Source: Lama glama (taxonomy: Eukaryota). Taken from it: a DNA stretch of 64,000 nucleotides. A program made the position numbers and the translations under genes. Positions 48,961 through 62,619 of the stretch are shown here, one piece after another. How positions within the stretch are numbered: position 1 is the first letter of the stretch; the number at the start of each line of letters is the position of its first letter. The notes beneath the pieces are model-generated. The model worked only from the letters and a program-made list of their open reading frames with translations. It had not been told where the DNA came from and ran no database searches. The stretch spans positions 44,146,001 to 44,210,000 of the forward strand of contig CM052818.1 of assembly GCA_028534125.1 (NCBI GenBank), given 5' to 3'.

Positions 48961-50899
48961 TGATACTGCTGGAAGGGTGCTACAACCTTACAGAGTTAAA
49001 TGGAAACCAGAGAAGGAGATCCCAAGACTATATGGGGGAGACAAGGAGGTGCCAATGGGTAGTCTTGAGGTCAGTATTAGAAAGCTTTGTAGGACTTCAC
49101 CATATTTAAAATTTAAAGTATCTTTGAGATCAATTTTGATGGAATCTCATCTAACTAAAAGGTAATTCAAACCCAGAGAAGGGAGCTGACACACACAAGA
49201 TCACATGGGGGTATGGTCAGTGGTAGGACACAGGGAGCCTGAGGCTAATCCCAGTGGTATTTCTCAGTCCCTGTAAGTGTACAGAAGACTGTGAATGAAT
49301 GATGTCTCCATTTCACCTGAGGTGGACAGTCCCCCAGTCCTCACAAAGGCCAGGTGAGGTATGTGTGAGCCTCACTATGCAGGATAGAGGAAACACACTC
49401 AGCCGCCCAGGGAGGGGCCCAGGATCTGAACCCAGACCTGCGTGTCTCCAAGCTGACTCCTGCAGGGATGGGGGAACAAATCCATCAGCGCATGAGTTGG
49501 CAGCTGGAGGTCACGGAAGAATCCCAGCTCTTCATTCTTTTTCACAAAGGGATGAAAAGCTGTCCCCACGGTGGACACAAGATACTGAGCTGAGAGTCAC
49601 CGTCTTCTGAAAGTTGTGAGGTCATCCACCATCTCACTCGGAACTGACCAGACACTCGGACATGACTTGGTCTGGGTTATAGGACTTGAAGGAGGTGGCA
49701 GTTCACAAGCCATTCCATGGAGAAAAATGGAAATGATTGCTGTGCTCTGCTCACCCAGAGCCATTAACAGCCCTTGGTCAACGATGATTTCATTACAGTC
49801 CTGTCTAAAGGAAGGGGATGTATGAGCTGACCTCTCCTGGCTTCTCCATTCACAGGCCCAGGGGATCGTCTTTATTGGGTTGAGGTGCTGGGAACTGAGA
49901 CACGTGTCTCATCTGGGGTGATTTGTTTTGTATAGTTTTCAAGATTCATGAAGCAGATTGTTAGAACAGATTTTTTTATTTTCCTTTTTGTTATGTTTTA
50001 ATACTATAGTGTATGTAATGGCATAGAAAGAACTGTTTGAAATCTGCTATATTCTTCCTTATTTTAACTGCCTCTCATCTTACACGTGTCTACATACGGT
50101 GCTTGAGGCACTGACACAAGTAAGGAAGCAGCGGGAAATCTCAAGGAAGGGGGAGATTTCTCTCGCCAGGGTTGCCAAATTTCTTCACCAGGGCTCTCCG
50201 TTCGCCTCGGAAAATAAAGGAATATGTTCTGATTCTGATCCTTGCGCTCCTAACTTAGAGCAAAAACCAAAGTTCCATTTCACAGAAGATCAGAATACTC
50301 AGTCAGTCACACTTCCCTACCACAGTCCATGTTTGTACGTGTCCTTTTACGTCATGGAAACCCACAAGGGTGTCCTATGCGGTTACTGATTACTGTTCAG
50401 GCCCTTGACCTTGCGTCTCAGTCAATTCCAAGGGAATAATTTCTAAAAACTTTTTTTCTCAACACCTAGTAGGTGAAAACATGCTATACAAGAATGATGG
50501 ATAAATCTCTGTCCTACAGAAGCTCACACAGTCCAAAAAGTCCAGAAGGGTGGAAGATAAAGGATATGTAAGATGCAACAAACCAAAAGCCCGCTGAACC
50601 ATAAGCCCATCACATTAATGCGACTGGATTAGCCTCCCCAGATGGGAGAACAGAGTAAAGGCAGAATATGCCCCCAGTCTTAGACTGATGGTGGGTCCAC
50701 ACTCTGAAGAAATTTTAATAAAGTTACAGATCAAGGAAAAGGAGCCAGTGTCACCTACTGAAGACCAGTGTCCTCGCTCTCCTCCGTCTGCCTCAGGCAG
50801 CTGAAGGGCTGAACAAAGACTTAAGCCATCGTCTCCAGCCCTCCAGCCCATGTCTGGTTCAACTACACCATCACTGGCTGTTATCCATCCTAATGGCAA

Positions 50900-51830
50900 C
50901 AGCCTCTGGTCAGAGAGAATTAAGAGAGAAAGCCAAACAATATGAAATCTATGCAAACATTATGCCAAAAGATGAAATGAAATAGAGAGACACAGATTAT
51001 GAGTACTCTTTGGGGAAAAGATCCCCTCCCCACCAGCCAGGGAACAGAGCCAATTTTAGATTTAGTGCTTTTCATTTTCAAAAAATTTAAGAGACTGTAA
51101 ATGTGAAGAAGATCAGATCAGAGATGATGAAATGAACGATGCACTGTGTCAGCAGTGATGACGAAGAGAACAAGAAGACAAAAATAGGATAAATGCCATT
51201 GCAGAATTTTTTAAAAAGGCATTAAAAAGATTAAAAATCAAGCTGATGTGACACTACAGAAAACTAAGACAGTGACACAGAAGACAGGAGAAAAATGTCA
51301 TAGAATGAGGAGAAAAAGGAGAAAAAAATTTACATGAGTAGATGTGGGTACTAGGCAATGGAGCCATCAATTTTGGATAATTAATCTTGCTGTTATAGTA
51401 AAGAGAATGTTTTAAACAGAAAGAAAAAAACATTTCAAATACGTAAATGAAAAATGTCTGGAAATGCAGGGCTGAATCGGAAATCCTAAAGGGTGAGGGT
51501 GTGGTATGTTCCAGGAAGAAATCATGAGAATAACTGCATTACGCCACATGTTGATGGAACGATTAAATCTTGGGAATAAAGAATGATACCAACAATTATC
51601 CTGGCCAAAAAAAAAAAAAGTTCACCCACAAATCGTGCAAAAAATGGATGGACTTGGAATTTACCAACAGCAGCACCAGACCATAGAAAACAGCAACACA
51701 GTTTCCATGGACTTTTGAATAAAACGACTTGTGATCCTAGAATTCTATAGACAGACATGTTCTCAGAACTCAAAGGACAAAGAATAATGCTCACAATACT
51801 ACTGTTTTTGAAAAATCAATTTCAAGAGGG
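50900..51830 (+). mobile_element. Ancient L1/HAL1 ORF1-derived fragment
   Basis: A-rich; 'cagaaaactaagacagtgacacagaagacag', 'gatcctagaattctatagacagac' resemble the ORF1 C-terminal region. Confidence 0.55.
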
Positions 51831-54119
51831 ATCTCACCCAGTGAAGAAATCTTACTTTTCCAGAGAGCAAAGACGGCCATTTGCATGTAGATTACACAAA
51901 AAGTAAAGGAATCGCTTGTGACCATTTAATCATTAAAAAGCAATTATGTCCAAAATTTCTAAGGCTCTTGAGATATACTAGCTAAATTATTTTTATTTAG
52001 GTTCCTCCAAGGTTATTTTTATTTAGGATCTCGGCTCTGACTCAAAGATACAATGTTTTGCTAATATGCCCGCATGAAAACCCCTGCTTATTTCTGGCTG
52101 TATTTTTGTACTTACGAATATGAAGGCAACACTTATCGTCAATGTATTAATTAGCCACCTTCTGTTTTCTACGGAACCATCTTGTCTTCTGAATAGGACT
52201 AGTCTACACCATCGAGCCTAGATAAAAGAGGAGAAAGGAGAAAGGTCTCTCCTGGATTCAGGCCTCTCACAGCAGACACAAGACACCTGTGGGCCAGTTC
52301 GTGTGTTCACTGTGACCCTCCCTCCCCAGGCAGGGGAGCGGGGCTGGGCCGGTCCCCACTGGCTGCTGCGCTATTCCTCACGCCACCACGGGATTGCAGG
52401 CCATGAGTGGGTGATTCTCACATCAAGTACAACACACAGGGGTAGCGTGTCTGCACAACATAGCCAACTTAAAGGGCTCCCGGGACGGCTGGGAAAGGAG
52501 AGAAAGACAGTGGATGTGAACTGACAACCAAAAGGTGACTTTCATTGGGGGGTGACCTGTCTACCTGCAGAAGAGTCCACATGTGTCACCAGAATATTCT
52601 ACATACAGCCGTATTCGCAGGCAGATAAAAGATAAAAGAAAAACATCACCAACACACCATATGGAAATATTTTCAGGAGGAAGGTGGGTGGTCACCTCCC
52701 TGGTTCCTCACTCAAGTATTTGAAATGCTTGTGTATTTCCAGGAAGGCTGAGTCAGGTGACCCAGGAGAAGGCATCTGGTGGAACATCTGGGACGCAGTG
52801 AAAGTTGCTTTCAGTCCCAAACAGCTGTTTTGATTTTGTGACACAGTCCAAGAAGGAGATGTTGCATCTGGCACTGACCACAAATTATCATCTCATTGGC
52901 AGAGCCAAGGCCATGTCAGTGCTGAGTTGCTTTCATTTCCTTGTGTAATCATTTACATGAAGGCAAAAGGGACTCCGAGCCCTCTGAGTCAGGTAGATCA
53001 ATTCTTTTCATCCAACAGTTTCTAGCTTCTTTGAAAGTCTGATCAGTGAAGCTAGAAGGATCCCGGAGAGTAAGTCCAACTTGGAAGGAATAAGAGGTAC
53101 CTCTTTACAGGTATGAAGACTGACGCCCAGAATGGGAAGAAAGATGCTCACTGTCACAAAGACAGTGGATGACAGTGCCGGGGCTAGACTTGTCGCTTCT
53201 GATCACTGGTGGCATGAGCCTTCCCCAGCAGGCAATGCTGTGATGCTCCTGCAGAGCAATAAGTCAACTCCATTCTCCGTGCATTCTCTTTTCACGTAAG
53301 TAACTTCTCAAGGTGAAGTGCAAGGACAGTGTCTATCTGCATTTGTGTCCTTGGGACCTGGCACAGGGCTAGGCAGAGGGCGGATGCTGGGTAATTGCTG
53401 TGTTGATGGAAGCGCACTGGAAACGGGATTCCTGGGACAGCCCAGCGCTCGACCCGACCACGCTCTCCTCTCTGTAGTGTGCGCCCCTTCCCTGCACACT
53501 TCCTTTGTCACCCCACCACCCACAACACCACAAAACCACAGCCTCACAAGCAGTGGTGGTGGTGGTGGGGGGGTGATACTGTGGAAGTGCAGACACTTTA
53601 AAAGACCCCGGGTCTGTTTGTTTTGTCTGGCGAAACTTGACAACAGCTTATATCTGTTTATCTTGAAAACCCTCAAAGATAACACCAGCAGTTCGCAGGA
53701 GGGGAATTAGTCACAGGCAAACATGTTTTCCCAAATCACCCCAGGAAAAATACCCTCCCCCTTCAAAGTTCTCTGGTTTTGGCATTGCCTATTTTCATGG
53801 AACATTAGGTCAGAACCCCGAGGTTCTGATTACATCAGAAATTCTGCCATGAAAAATTGCTAGGCTGCTGGGACCTCACCTGACCTTGAAGGACCCTTGA
53901 AAATTTCCCTACATCTTCTTCTTATACATTTGTAAATTTCAATATTCCTGGCACTCCCCCACCACTTTCAAGATTGAAACGTTTCAAGAAAGAAACGCTT
54001 GAATGACTACATTTACATCACGTTGTTTTTTACAACTCTGTTCAGTTTGCTGTATAAATGGAATTCTTGACTGCATCTATATTAAAATGGCAATTATAAC
54101 CTAAGCAGCAGTCTTCTTT

Positions 54120-54370
54120 TCTCATTTGATGAATGTTTACTGCACACCTATTATGTGCAGGCACCGGGACACCGTGCTAAGTAAGACACAGCACTTCCCC
54201 CAAGGAGCAGACACGAGTGAGGCGATTCGACCTATGACACTGGTGAGCCAGCAAGTCACACGCTTTGAGAAGGAACATGTAACTCAGGCTGGGTGTCAGA
54301 AGGCTGCTCGGAAGACATGGAGTCTGAACTGTATCCAAAAGGGTGAAAGGAGTCAGTTAAGGGAATAGAG
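54120..54370 (-). mobile_element. L2 3' fragment
   Basis: 'atgtttactgcacacctattatgtgcaggcaccg...agtaagacacag'. Confidence 0.65.
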
Positions 54371-54711
54371 GACGGAGGGGACCCTCAGTTTGGTTATTTC
54401 AATAAAGATCCTTTAAAAATCTTAAAATCAGAGCATTTTAGATCTGGACCCCAGCATTTTATCTCTCAGGATGCTAAAGGTAAGAGGTTAAGCAATCTGG
54501 CAAATGTGGGTGGCGGGTCTACGACAATGCATGGACAGGATGCAGTATCTTGTCCTGAGGCTCACATATATGGATCAAAGTCCAGTAGCCATGCCACTCC
54601 AGTAGCCCCACTCTGTCCCCCATAATCATCCCACAATGGAGATAGGCTGGGAGCCTGATAAGGTTAAGACACTGTGACATCCCCTCCAGCCTACTGCCCT
54701 CACCACGTTCT

Positions 54712-54793
54712 CAGGGGACCATGATGGATTGTGCACATCGCCCCCTGGAGTTGTGCAGGGAGCATCCTGCTAGACTGCACGAGATAGCCTCCT
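54712..54793. mobile_element. hAT-Tip100 MITE relic (MER91-like) carrying a CTCF-like motif
   Basis: 'cgccccctggagttgtgcagggagcatcctgctagactgcacg...cctg'. Confidence 0.55.
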
Positions 54794-55029
54794 GTCACTA
54801 GTGATGGAGCCATTGTGTCAACATGCATTCTACTGGCATCATTCATTTCACCAATTTTTATGAGGTCTCAGTATGTGGTGGGCTAATCCTGGGGGGCGTC
54901 AAGATGATTGTGACCATCTCTGTGCTCCCTGCAGCAGCTTGAAACACCAGTTATGGCCACTCCATTAGAACTCCAGGAAAAGGCATACCCAGGCTACCTG
55001 GGAATCATAGAACAAACTTTGCATCGCCC

Positions 55030-55755
55030 AGGAAGGTAAAATCACAGTGGTCTCTGGCCTCTCCCTCTTCCTGGTTGCCTATACTCAACTGGTTGCCAAC
55101 ACCTATTGATTAAACATTTGCAGTATCTCTTGAACCCCCTACTCCTCATCTCCATCCTTACCGCCCCTGCTGAGGCCTTCATTATCTGTCCCTGGGACCA
55201 TGGATGCATCCTCCCTGACCCAGGCACCCAGGCACCCAGGCACCCAGGCACCCAGGCACAGCACATCCTAGAAGTTGCTAAATGATATTCTTTTTTTTCA
55301 AGCACGGTTGTGATTATGGTAACCTCCTGCTCAAACAACTCCAACTCTCCTTTTGCTTAGGAAACAAAACACCACCCAAGGTTCTCCACGCACTGTCTCC
55401 AGTCTTCTTCCGGCCTCACCCACCACCAGCCTTACACACCCTCCTTCTAACAACCCAGTTCTCTCTCTACTTTCCAAACATTCTCTCTCCAGTTCCTTCT
55501 GCAGGAATGCAATGCACCTTCTACCTAAATCACCACCTTCTCTGCAAAGCCCTTCCTCAGGTCCCTCCTTTGACCACTCAAGGGAGCGTCTTTGAAACAC
55601 TTTTATGAAAATGATCACTTTCTTCCATATCTTATTTTTCTTATTAGACCCTGAGTCTTCTAAGAGTAGGATTTGAATTGTTTTTAACTCTCCAGAAGCC
55701 TAAGCTTTGATTTGACCTGATTGCAATTTATTAAAAGAACATGAATAAATGAATC
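55030..55755 (+). mobile_element. L2 3' portion
   Basis: 'cctcatctccatccttaccgcc', 'cctcctgctcaaacaactcca', 'tattagaccctgagtcttctaagagtagga', tail 'atgaataaatgaat'. Confidence 0.7.
55218..55259. repeat. Perfect octamer tandem repeat (CCCAGGCA)x5
   Basis: Five exact units from 55219 to 55258. Confidence 0.95.
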
Positions 55756-56115
55756 TCTGGCTTTAATTATTATATAAAAATAAGTCCATCACAAACATTG
55801 CCTGGAGTCCCTGAAAGTGGGTGGTCAGGGAGAAGGTTATACCTTATTCTAGCTGGGAAAGTATCCTGAAATCGGGAAATGACGATTTACATAGAAAGGG
55901 TCTAATTGCTTCTGCCACGGAAGATTTTGCAAGTGGATGTTAACTGCACAAGGTAAAGAAAACATGGGCGAGCACGTGATAATGAACAGCTAGAAGAAAA
56001 ATACAGAGACCACTGTCCAGGAAAACCATGAGGCTGGGAGCTTCCTGCTTGACTCTTGGTACCCTGCGAAGAACTTTCAAACAGTGCAATGTGAACTGTA
56101 GGTGCACTGCCAGGC

Positions 56116-56555
56116 CACTGACTGTTAGATTTTGTGTGTCAAATTCACTGGGCCATGGATGCACAAATATTTGGTTAAGCATTATTTCTGGGTGTCTGGG
56201 GATGTTTCTGGATGAGATGAACATTTGAATTGATAGTCTGAAGGTCACCTTCTCCACCGTGTGTGGGCCTCACCCAGTCCCCCGAAGGCCCGAATAGAGC
56301 AGAAGGCTGAAGAAGAGGGGATTTCTTCTCTCAGACCGCCAGCAGGGACATCGGCCACCTCCTGCCTTTGGACTCAGACTCAGACGGAAATGTACCCCAT
56401 CAGCATCCCTGGTTCTCAGGCCCGGGGACTCAGACCTGGACCTGGAGCACGAGCTGTCCTGGGTCTTCAACTTGCTGACTGCAGATCTTGGATTTCTTGA
56501 ACTTCACATATGTGTATGTGCATCTTGTTTCTCTGGAAAAACCCAGACTAATACA
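56116..56555 (+). mobile_element. ERVL solo LTR (MLT2D-like)
   Basis: 'ttttgtgtgtcaa...atatttggttaagcattatttctgggtgtct...tttctggatgagatgaacatttgaat' through 'tttctctggaaaaacccagactaataca'; ccagg lies at both flanks (56110-56114, 56556-56560). Confidence 0.9.
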
Positions 56556-58019
56556 CCAGGCTCTCCACTGCACTTAGTATCAAGACCAAGTTCTCAACAC
56601 AATGTGCATGACCTTGTATGGGCTGGCTCTTCCCCAAACCCTCGGCCTGAAAGCATCCACACTCAGGTGGAGAGAAGGGGCGCCTGCATGGCCATCTATG
56701 AGGCTCCTCAAATGAGCATCCATCCCTCCCATCACAACATCTGGACACATGCTCGTCCCTCCTCCTGTGACCCTCTTCCTCAACACACTTGCCTTCTCCT
56801 CAGCCTGACTCAAGTTGAAAGACATCACACTTGACCTCAGGCTAGTCCAGGTGTCCTGTTTTTATAAAATTACATGCTTCTCTCTCCTAGCATCTATCTC
56901 TGTGGCACCGTGACCTCACTGAGGGTGATTATTTGATTCATGGCTGAATCTCCCAATAGCCTATCATTTCCCTGAAGACAGGGCCTGTTATATCTCTGGG
57001 TTCCTGGTACCCAGTAGGCATTTGTAAATGATTGTTAAACAGATAAATAAAGTCCATTATTTTTCTCACATTGTTATTTCTTTCTCACCATATTCCTGTA
57101 ATCTGGGCTGCAATCTGTTCACGAGGTTTCAACTTCTACCTACAGAGAGAGACAGGAGATGGCCACTTACCGTGTTAGTATTTCCCCAAGGCTGCCTCTA
57201 GAAAAGTGTCCATCTTTAATATTCTGTGGGGCTGGGAGAGGGACTACGGAGTATTTTATCGGCAAACATCAGACCTGAGACTAAAACTGAAGTACCAACA
57301 CCTGAAGGAAGCCTGGAGTGAACGCTCTGTCTACAAGCTGATGTTCTGCACCAGACCCTCAAAAGCTCCACTGTGAGGACCCTGGAACATCTGCCACTTG
57401 GCCTCCCTGGATGAGGTTCTCCCAGAGGATGGAGCTGTCCTGTGTGAGGAACACCTGCTGTCACTGTGGGTGACACACTGATCCTCATGGGCTGGAAGGC
57501 GTTGACCTCAAAGATGGTTTCCCAGGGCCGGGTAAGGGAGAGAGGCACCCCAGGGACCTTCACCCTTCTCGCCTGGCCCTGCTCTACCTCGTGGCCTTTT
57601 CTCCCTCGCTCTGCAGGGCGGCCGGAGTCGGGGGACCTTCCGGGATGCTCCTGGCACGCGTAGCCCCTGGTGCTTTCTCCCCTTTATCATTTCCAGCCCA
57701 TGGTCCTTCAACTGTGCCCTGTGTTCCCATCAGCTATTTCTCAGATTTAGACACCGTTTCCTCCAGAGGAGGATGAGCTAAATCCATCCTCCCCAGAAAC
57801 TGAGAATCTGTGGCTTTGCGATTCAGTTCCTCCAGGTGTTTTAACATTTCCTTTTCGGAAAAAAAAAAATTCCGTTTTCAGTTTGGTTTGTTTGTTTTAA
57901 AACCACATTTGCTTACTTTGCCCAGGTCTCCTTAAACACCGGAAATGAAGACACCATGACTGACATGGATGCTTACTTCTGCGGCTTAGTTCCAGGCTTG
58001 TTATTTTATCTTGGGTTTT

Positions 58020-58110
58020 CAATAGTCTTGCAAAACAAGTATTTTTAATCTCCATTTTATAGATGGAGGAGCTGAGGAATTCCAGGCTCTTACAGGCCAA
58101 GTTTGCAATG
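58020..58110 (-). mobile_element. MIR core
   Basis: 'atctccattttatagatggaggagctgagg'. Confidence 0.65.
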
Positions 58111-60357
58111 GATGGAAGATACAAAACGGTTGGAAGGCAGCACCCTGTCCCCTCGCTACACCCTCAAATCAACAGAAGCCAACAGCAACGATAATAACAA
58201 TACAGTGGCTTTTTAAAAATTGAATTTTGTAATTTCACAAAATAAAGTGATTTCTTAATAATGCCGTTACACATTTACCTTCTATATTACAGAGTTTATA
58301 ACACACACACACAATTTTTTTCCTCCTTTGAACCTCCCTCCAGCTCCCTGAGGTGGATGTGTAATTATTTACCGTATAAGGTTAAGAAAATTGAGGCTTA
58401 GGGGAGTTATACAGTCAGGGCAAGGCTGCAGAGGTGGCAGCAAACTTGAGCTCAACGCAAAACCTCCCGGCTTTACCTACAGAGCGGAGGAGAGTGGGGG
58501 GGGCGGACACACCACGACCCACGTGCAGGTCTTGGAGCCCCGGCGGCCTGCACTCACCCTGCTGACCAGCTGGCCACAGAACCCTCTAGAGTCTGGTAGT
58601 GGGTTTCACTGGAGCCTGGTCCTGAGGCCAAGTCAGATCCTGGCATCATTCTCGTAAGCCGTTATGAGTCAGCCTGCTCTTCTTGGTCTAGAGAAACTGA
58701 CACAGCATAGGGAGGCTGAAGAAAGAGAAGGCATGGTTATGTCCCATCTCTGTCCCATCTCTGCCCCAGACCTGTGATGTCGAGGATGAGCCTGGATGAT
58801 GGAAGACCTGGGCCCAGCTCCAGCGCTCCAACTAATTACCTGAGTCCCCTTTCGTCTGTCACTTCCCCAAGTCGCAGCTTTCTCAGCTGTAAAAGGGAAT
58901 GGAAGGTCTCACCCACAGCTGAAGTCTGCTTTGAATATTTTGAACCAAGTGAAGGCAAGTCAGCTCTCTTTTCTGGGCCTTAAGTTCCTTCATTTTCCCC
59001 CCAAATGCAGTAAGGTAGACTGGATGATCCCACCAAGCACTGTGCCAAGTGTGTAAGACAGCACACTCGTCCTTCTCTTAACAAACCTGTCAGGTACATA
59101 CTAATATTATCCTTAATTTATAAGCGAAGAGCTCAAAACCTAGAGAAATAAAGAAATCTGAGCAAAATCAGATGGCTAAATGTGGTGAGCAAGGACTAAT
59201 GATCAGGACTAAGCACCCACTATGTTATCAGGCCATTGGCGCCCGTGCTTTAAATTCGGTCTTCTCCTCTTGGTTCTGTCCAGTTGTAGTAATGGTTTAA
59301 AAGTGGGTGGGGCTTTGTTAATGATTGAGGGATTAGAAGAGAAAAAGTAGAGAGGTCCAGGGAGGCCCACTTTATTTTCCATTGGCAGGAGAGCCAGGGC
59401 TGGCTGTGCCACCTCCCTGTACTCCCCTCTAGTCCCTGCCACCAAGTGCCACCCAGTTTCATTCATAGTTGTAATTCCTGTGCATAAAACAGTGCCTGGA
59501 ACGACTGCTACCTGGAATCAAAGAAGAAATATGTGAATTTAGTGACTGTTAACTGCACACGCTCATGATCTGACAGCTCCCTCTTTGCCTGCATAACCCA
59601 CCAAGCCAGGGTTCAGCAGCTCAAGATAAGTCATCCTCGCAAGGCCCTGCAGGCTGTGGGAAACACTTGAGTTCCTGTCACCTGATGACTCATGTCTACC
59701 CCCAAGTTTCACTTTTAATTTTCAGATTCAAAGCAGGAAGTGTCTTTCTTGGGTAACTCAAATCTCAACTCAGCCTTGACAAACTACATATTTTTGCCTT
59801 ATTTCCTCCCACTATTAGCTCTTTGCTTGACTGAAGACCCTCAAGCCTGCTGCTGATAGTGGCACTTCATTAAGGCAGGGTGGTTATGTAAATGATAAGT
59901 CAGTGTCTCTACTTCCCTCAGACTTCTGATCCGGGATTTGTATGAGTTACCAACTCCTTCTCTTCTCTTCAAGACTATCCTGAATCTGTCTGTAAATATT
60001 ACTGGGCTCGAGTCCCTAAGCCCCTTTCTGTACTATGATAGTTTTGTTTCTAAAAGATTTACTCTGAAAGAAGACCCTGTAAATGAAAATTAGAAGTTGA
60101 CTTTCTAATGTCTCTTTTCTGTGTTTTTAAAGCCATTTGCAGTTAGGGATTTTGTGCTAAAAAATTCCAGGGTAATAACGACTGTCATTCAATCAACAAA
60201 CATCTACTGAGTTTCAGACATGCCGTCAGGAATTGAATGCACATAATAAATGAGATTCAGACCTCGGCCTTGGGGTACCTTTGAGAGGAGAGAGACTTAA
60301 GCAAAAAGCAAAAAATAAACTACTAAAATGAGACAAGAGCTGTTCTCCCAAAAGATC

Positions 60358-60409
60358 AAAAACCCACCTCTATTACTAAGGTAAAAAACCCACCTCTAAT
60401 TACTACGGT
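60358..60409. repeat. Near-perfect tandem duplication of about 26 bp
   Basis: 'aaaaacccacctctattactaaggt' followed by 'aaaaacccacctctaattactacggt'. Confidence 0.9.
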
Positions 60410-62489
60410 TGAATAATTTGTTTACCTGAATGTCATTGTTTCCCTAAACTGCTGACCCTGGAGCATTCTGACTAAAAAGAAACTTTGCTTATGAAGATCC
60501 GAATGTAATTCTTTCAATTATTTTGTTTTAACTTCTTTAAAGTTTTGTTATTGTTCTTGTTTGCTTATTATAGGAAAGAAAAAATAAGGCAACAAAAAGT
60601 CAACCTACACTTGCACACTTAGCTTACATCCTTTGTTTGCTAGTTCTCCTCTTTGAACACGTGGTCTGGACCAGAAGGACAGTTGCTGTGGGGCTGGGTG
60701 GTACAAAGAGCTTTTCTGTTTTTCATGATACAGCAAGAGTCCAAAAAAGGCTGGGAGGTTCTAAACAAAAGTCTACTCCTAATCTGAACCCTAGTTCTCC
60801 CTCCAAACCAGACTGAGACTCAGAAGAATTCAGGTGAAAATGCCACCTGAGCGTTCATTCCTTCCCATCCCTCCATTCACAGATAAAGGAGACCGATGTG
60901 CAGAGAGGGGAGCTGTCAGGTCCAGGCGGCACAGCAGTGCTGGCACGGCGACTGTGGACCTGCAAGCTCATGCCTTCCCTTCTGATGTCCTCTAGCCAAA
61001 GAAAAGCCGTAAAAATGCTAGGGAGCATTCAGGAGCAATGGGATTCCAAAAGGGATCGTAGTGAAATATTTTGGGTGCTTCACTTGAAAGATGAAAATCA
61101 GTGGATAAAGTCAACTAAATCATGAACTAAATGGATTACACAAATTTGAACTTGCTCCCTTCTGTTATTATACCTCCTGACCAGAGCACACTTACTCCAG
61201 ATCTGGATACAGCTGCCTACTGGTCATTTCCAAGAGTAGGTTTCACAAGCAGGTCCCAATCTCAGTCAGTACCTCCACACCCCACCACCACTGGACCAGA
61301 TCTCGCTCAGGGGATGGAAACACTACTGGGCAAATGGCCACACCAGCAATCTACAAGTCATCCTGGCCTCTGTCTCCACATTCCACCCATCAATCCTATG
61401 CCCATATACCAACCAGTCGGCATTCAAAGTGAGAATTAAGAGATCATATAGCTAGTTGGAATCAGAGGAAGAGGTCACAGCTGTGTCGCTGTATCTCAGG
61501 ACAGACAGCATACAGTTCACACTGCTCCTTTTTGACCTGTTTCACTTGTGACGATTCCTGTCAGGCAGTTCTACTGTACATCTCTCCCAGGTCCCTCTTG
61601 CTGTGTTTACAGTCATTTGGTCTTGTCATTTCCTGATGTGGTGAAGCAGAGACATGGGAGAGTAAAAGTGAAAAATCGAGACCATGAGGTTACAGAGGAA
61701 AGTAATGTGAGTAGTTTGCTGTTAAAAAGTTCACAGACCATGGGAACCCACTTACAAATAATTGCAAATTGAGAGTTTTCTTAAGAATTAGGAACCAAAT
61801 GATGGGACACACTGAGGACAAGAAGGGGGAAGTATTCATTTGTACTGAGTTCCTGGGTGGACTTCAGAGAGGAAGGAACATTAGGTTTTAAACTTTAAGT
61901 GCTGTAAGAATTTCAAGATCTGTCCTGAGCGTAAAAATTGTGTTAGGGGAAAACAATGATGAAAGACACAGTATCAGAAAAACATTGAGCAGGTTTAAAT
62001 AATCAGTAATTTTTGCCTAATCATATGCTGCTCCTGAGAAATCCTCTCCTAGGTCTCATTCTTGCTTCATGGGACATCTCGGGTGTCACGTCTTCCAGAA
62101 GGCTGGACAAGTTTGCCCACTCCAGTCCGAGTTAACTTCCCTCCCTTTGTGCTTCCACTTCAACCAACATCTACCTTGGTTACCACACTGCAGGTTACTA
62201 CCTGATTCCCAGTCTGTCCCCCTCCTGCGCACTGAAAATTCTTTGGCAACAAAAATCAAGTCTTACCCACTCCTGGGTCAGAAAAGTCAAGCACAAGGTT
62301 TGATCCTAGTAGGTGAAAGTCTGTCTTTGCTAAATACATGAATGCATGAAGAAATAAAGACATAAATACTATAGCAAGATACAAACTTCCTTGGGTTGAG
62401 GACAGCAAAGAAGAGAGCAACTTTGCCAAAGTGGTAAGAAAGCAAAGTAGCAAATTAGATCAAGAAGGGCACACTGGTTAATTATGTAT

Positions 62490-62600
62490 CATAAATACGT
62501 ACTGTATATATTTATATATAAATGTTTATTATATATTTATTATAATAAATTTTATATTCATGTATATTATACATGATATGTATAATATGGATAATTTAAG
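62490..62600. repeat. AT-rich low-complexity tract
   Basis: Degenerate (TA)n/(TTTA)n. Confidence 0.8.
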
Positions 62601-62619
62601 TGAATGGATGATCTTGAAA

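Noticed and set aside
55042..55344. ORF with a repeated AWVPG motif
   Set aside because: Arises from the octamer tandem repeat within an L2.
57520..57670. GC/CpG-rich patch as a CpG island or promoter
   Set aside because: Too short (about 150 bp), with no other promoter evidence.
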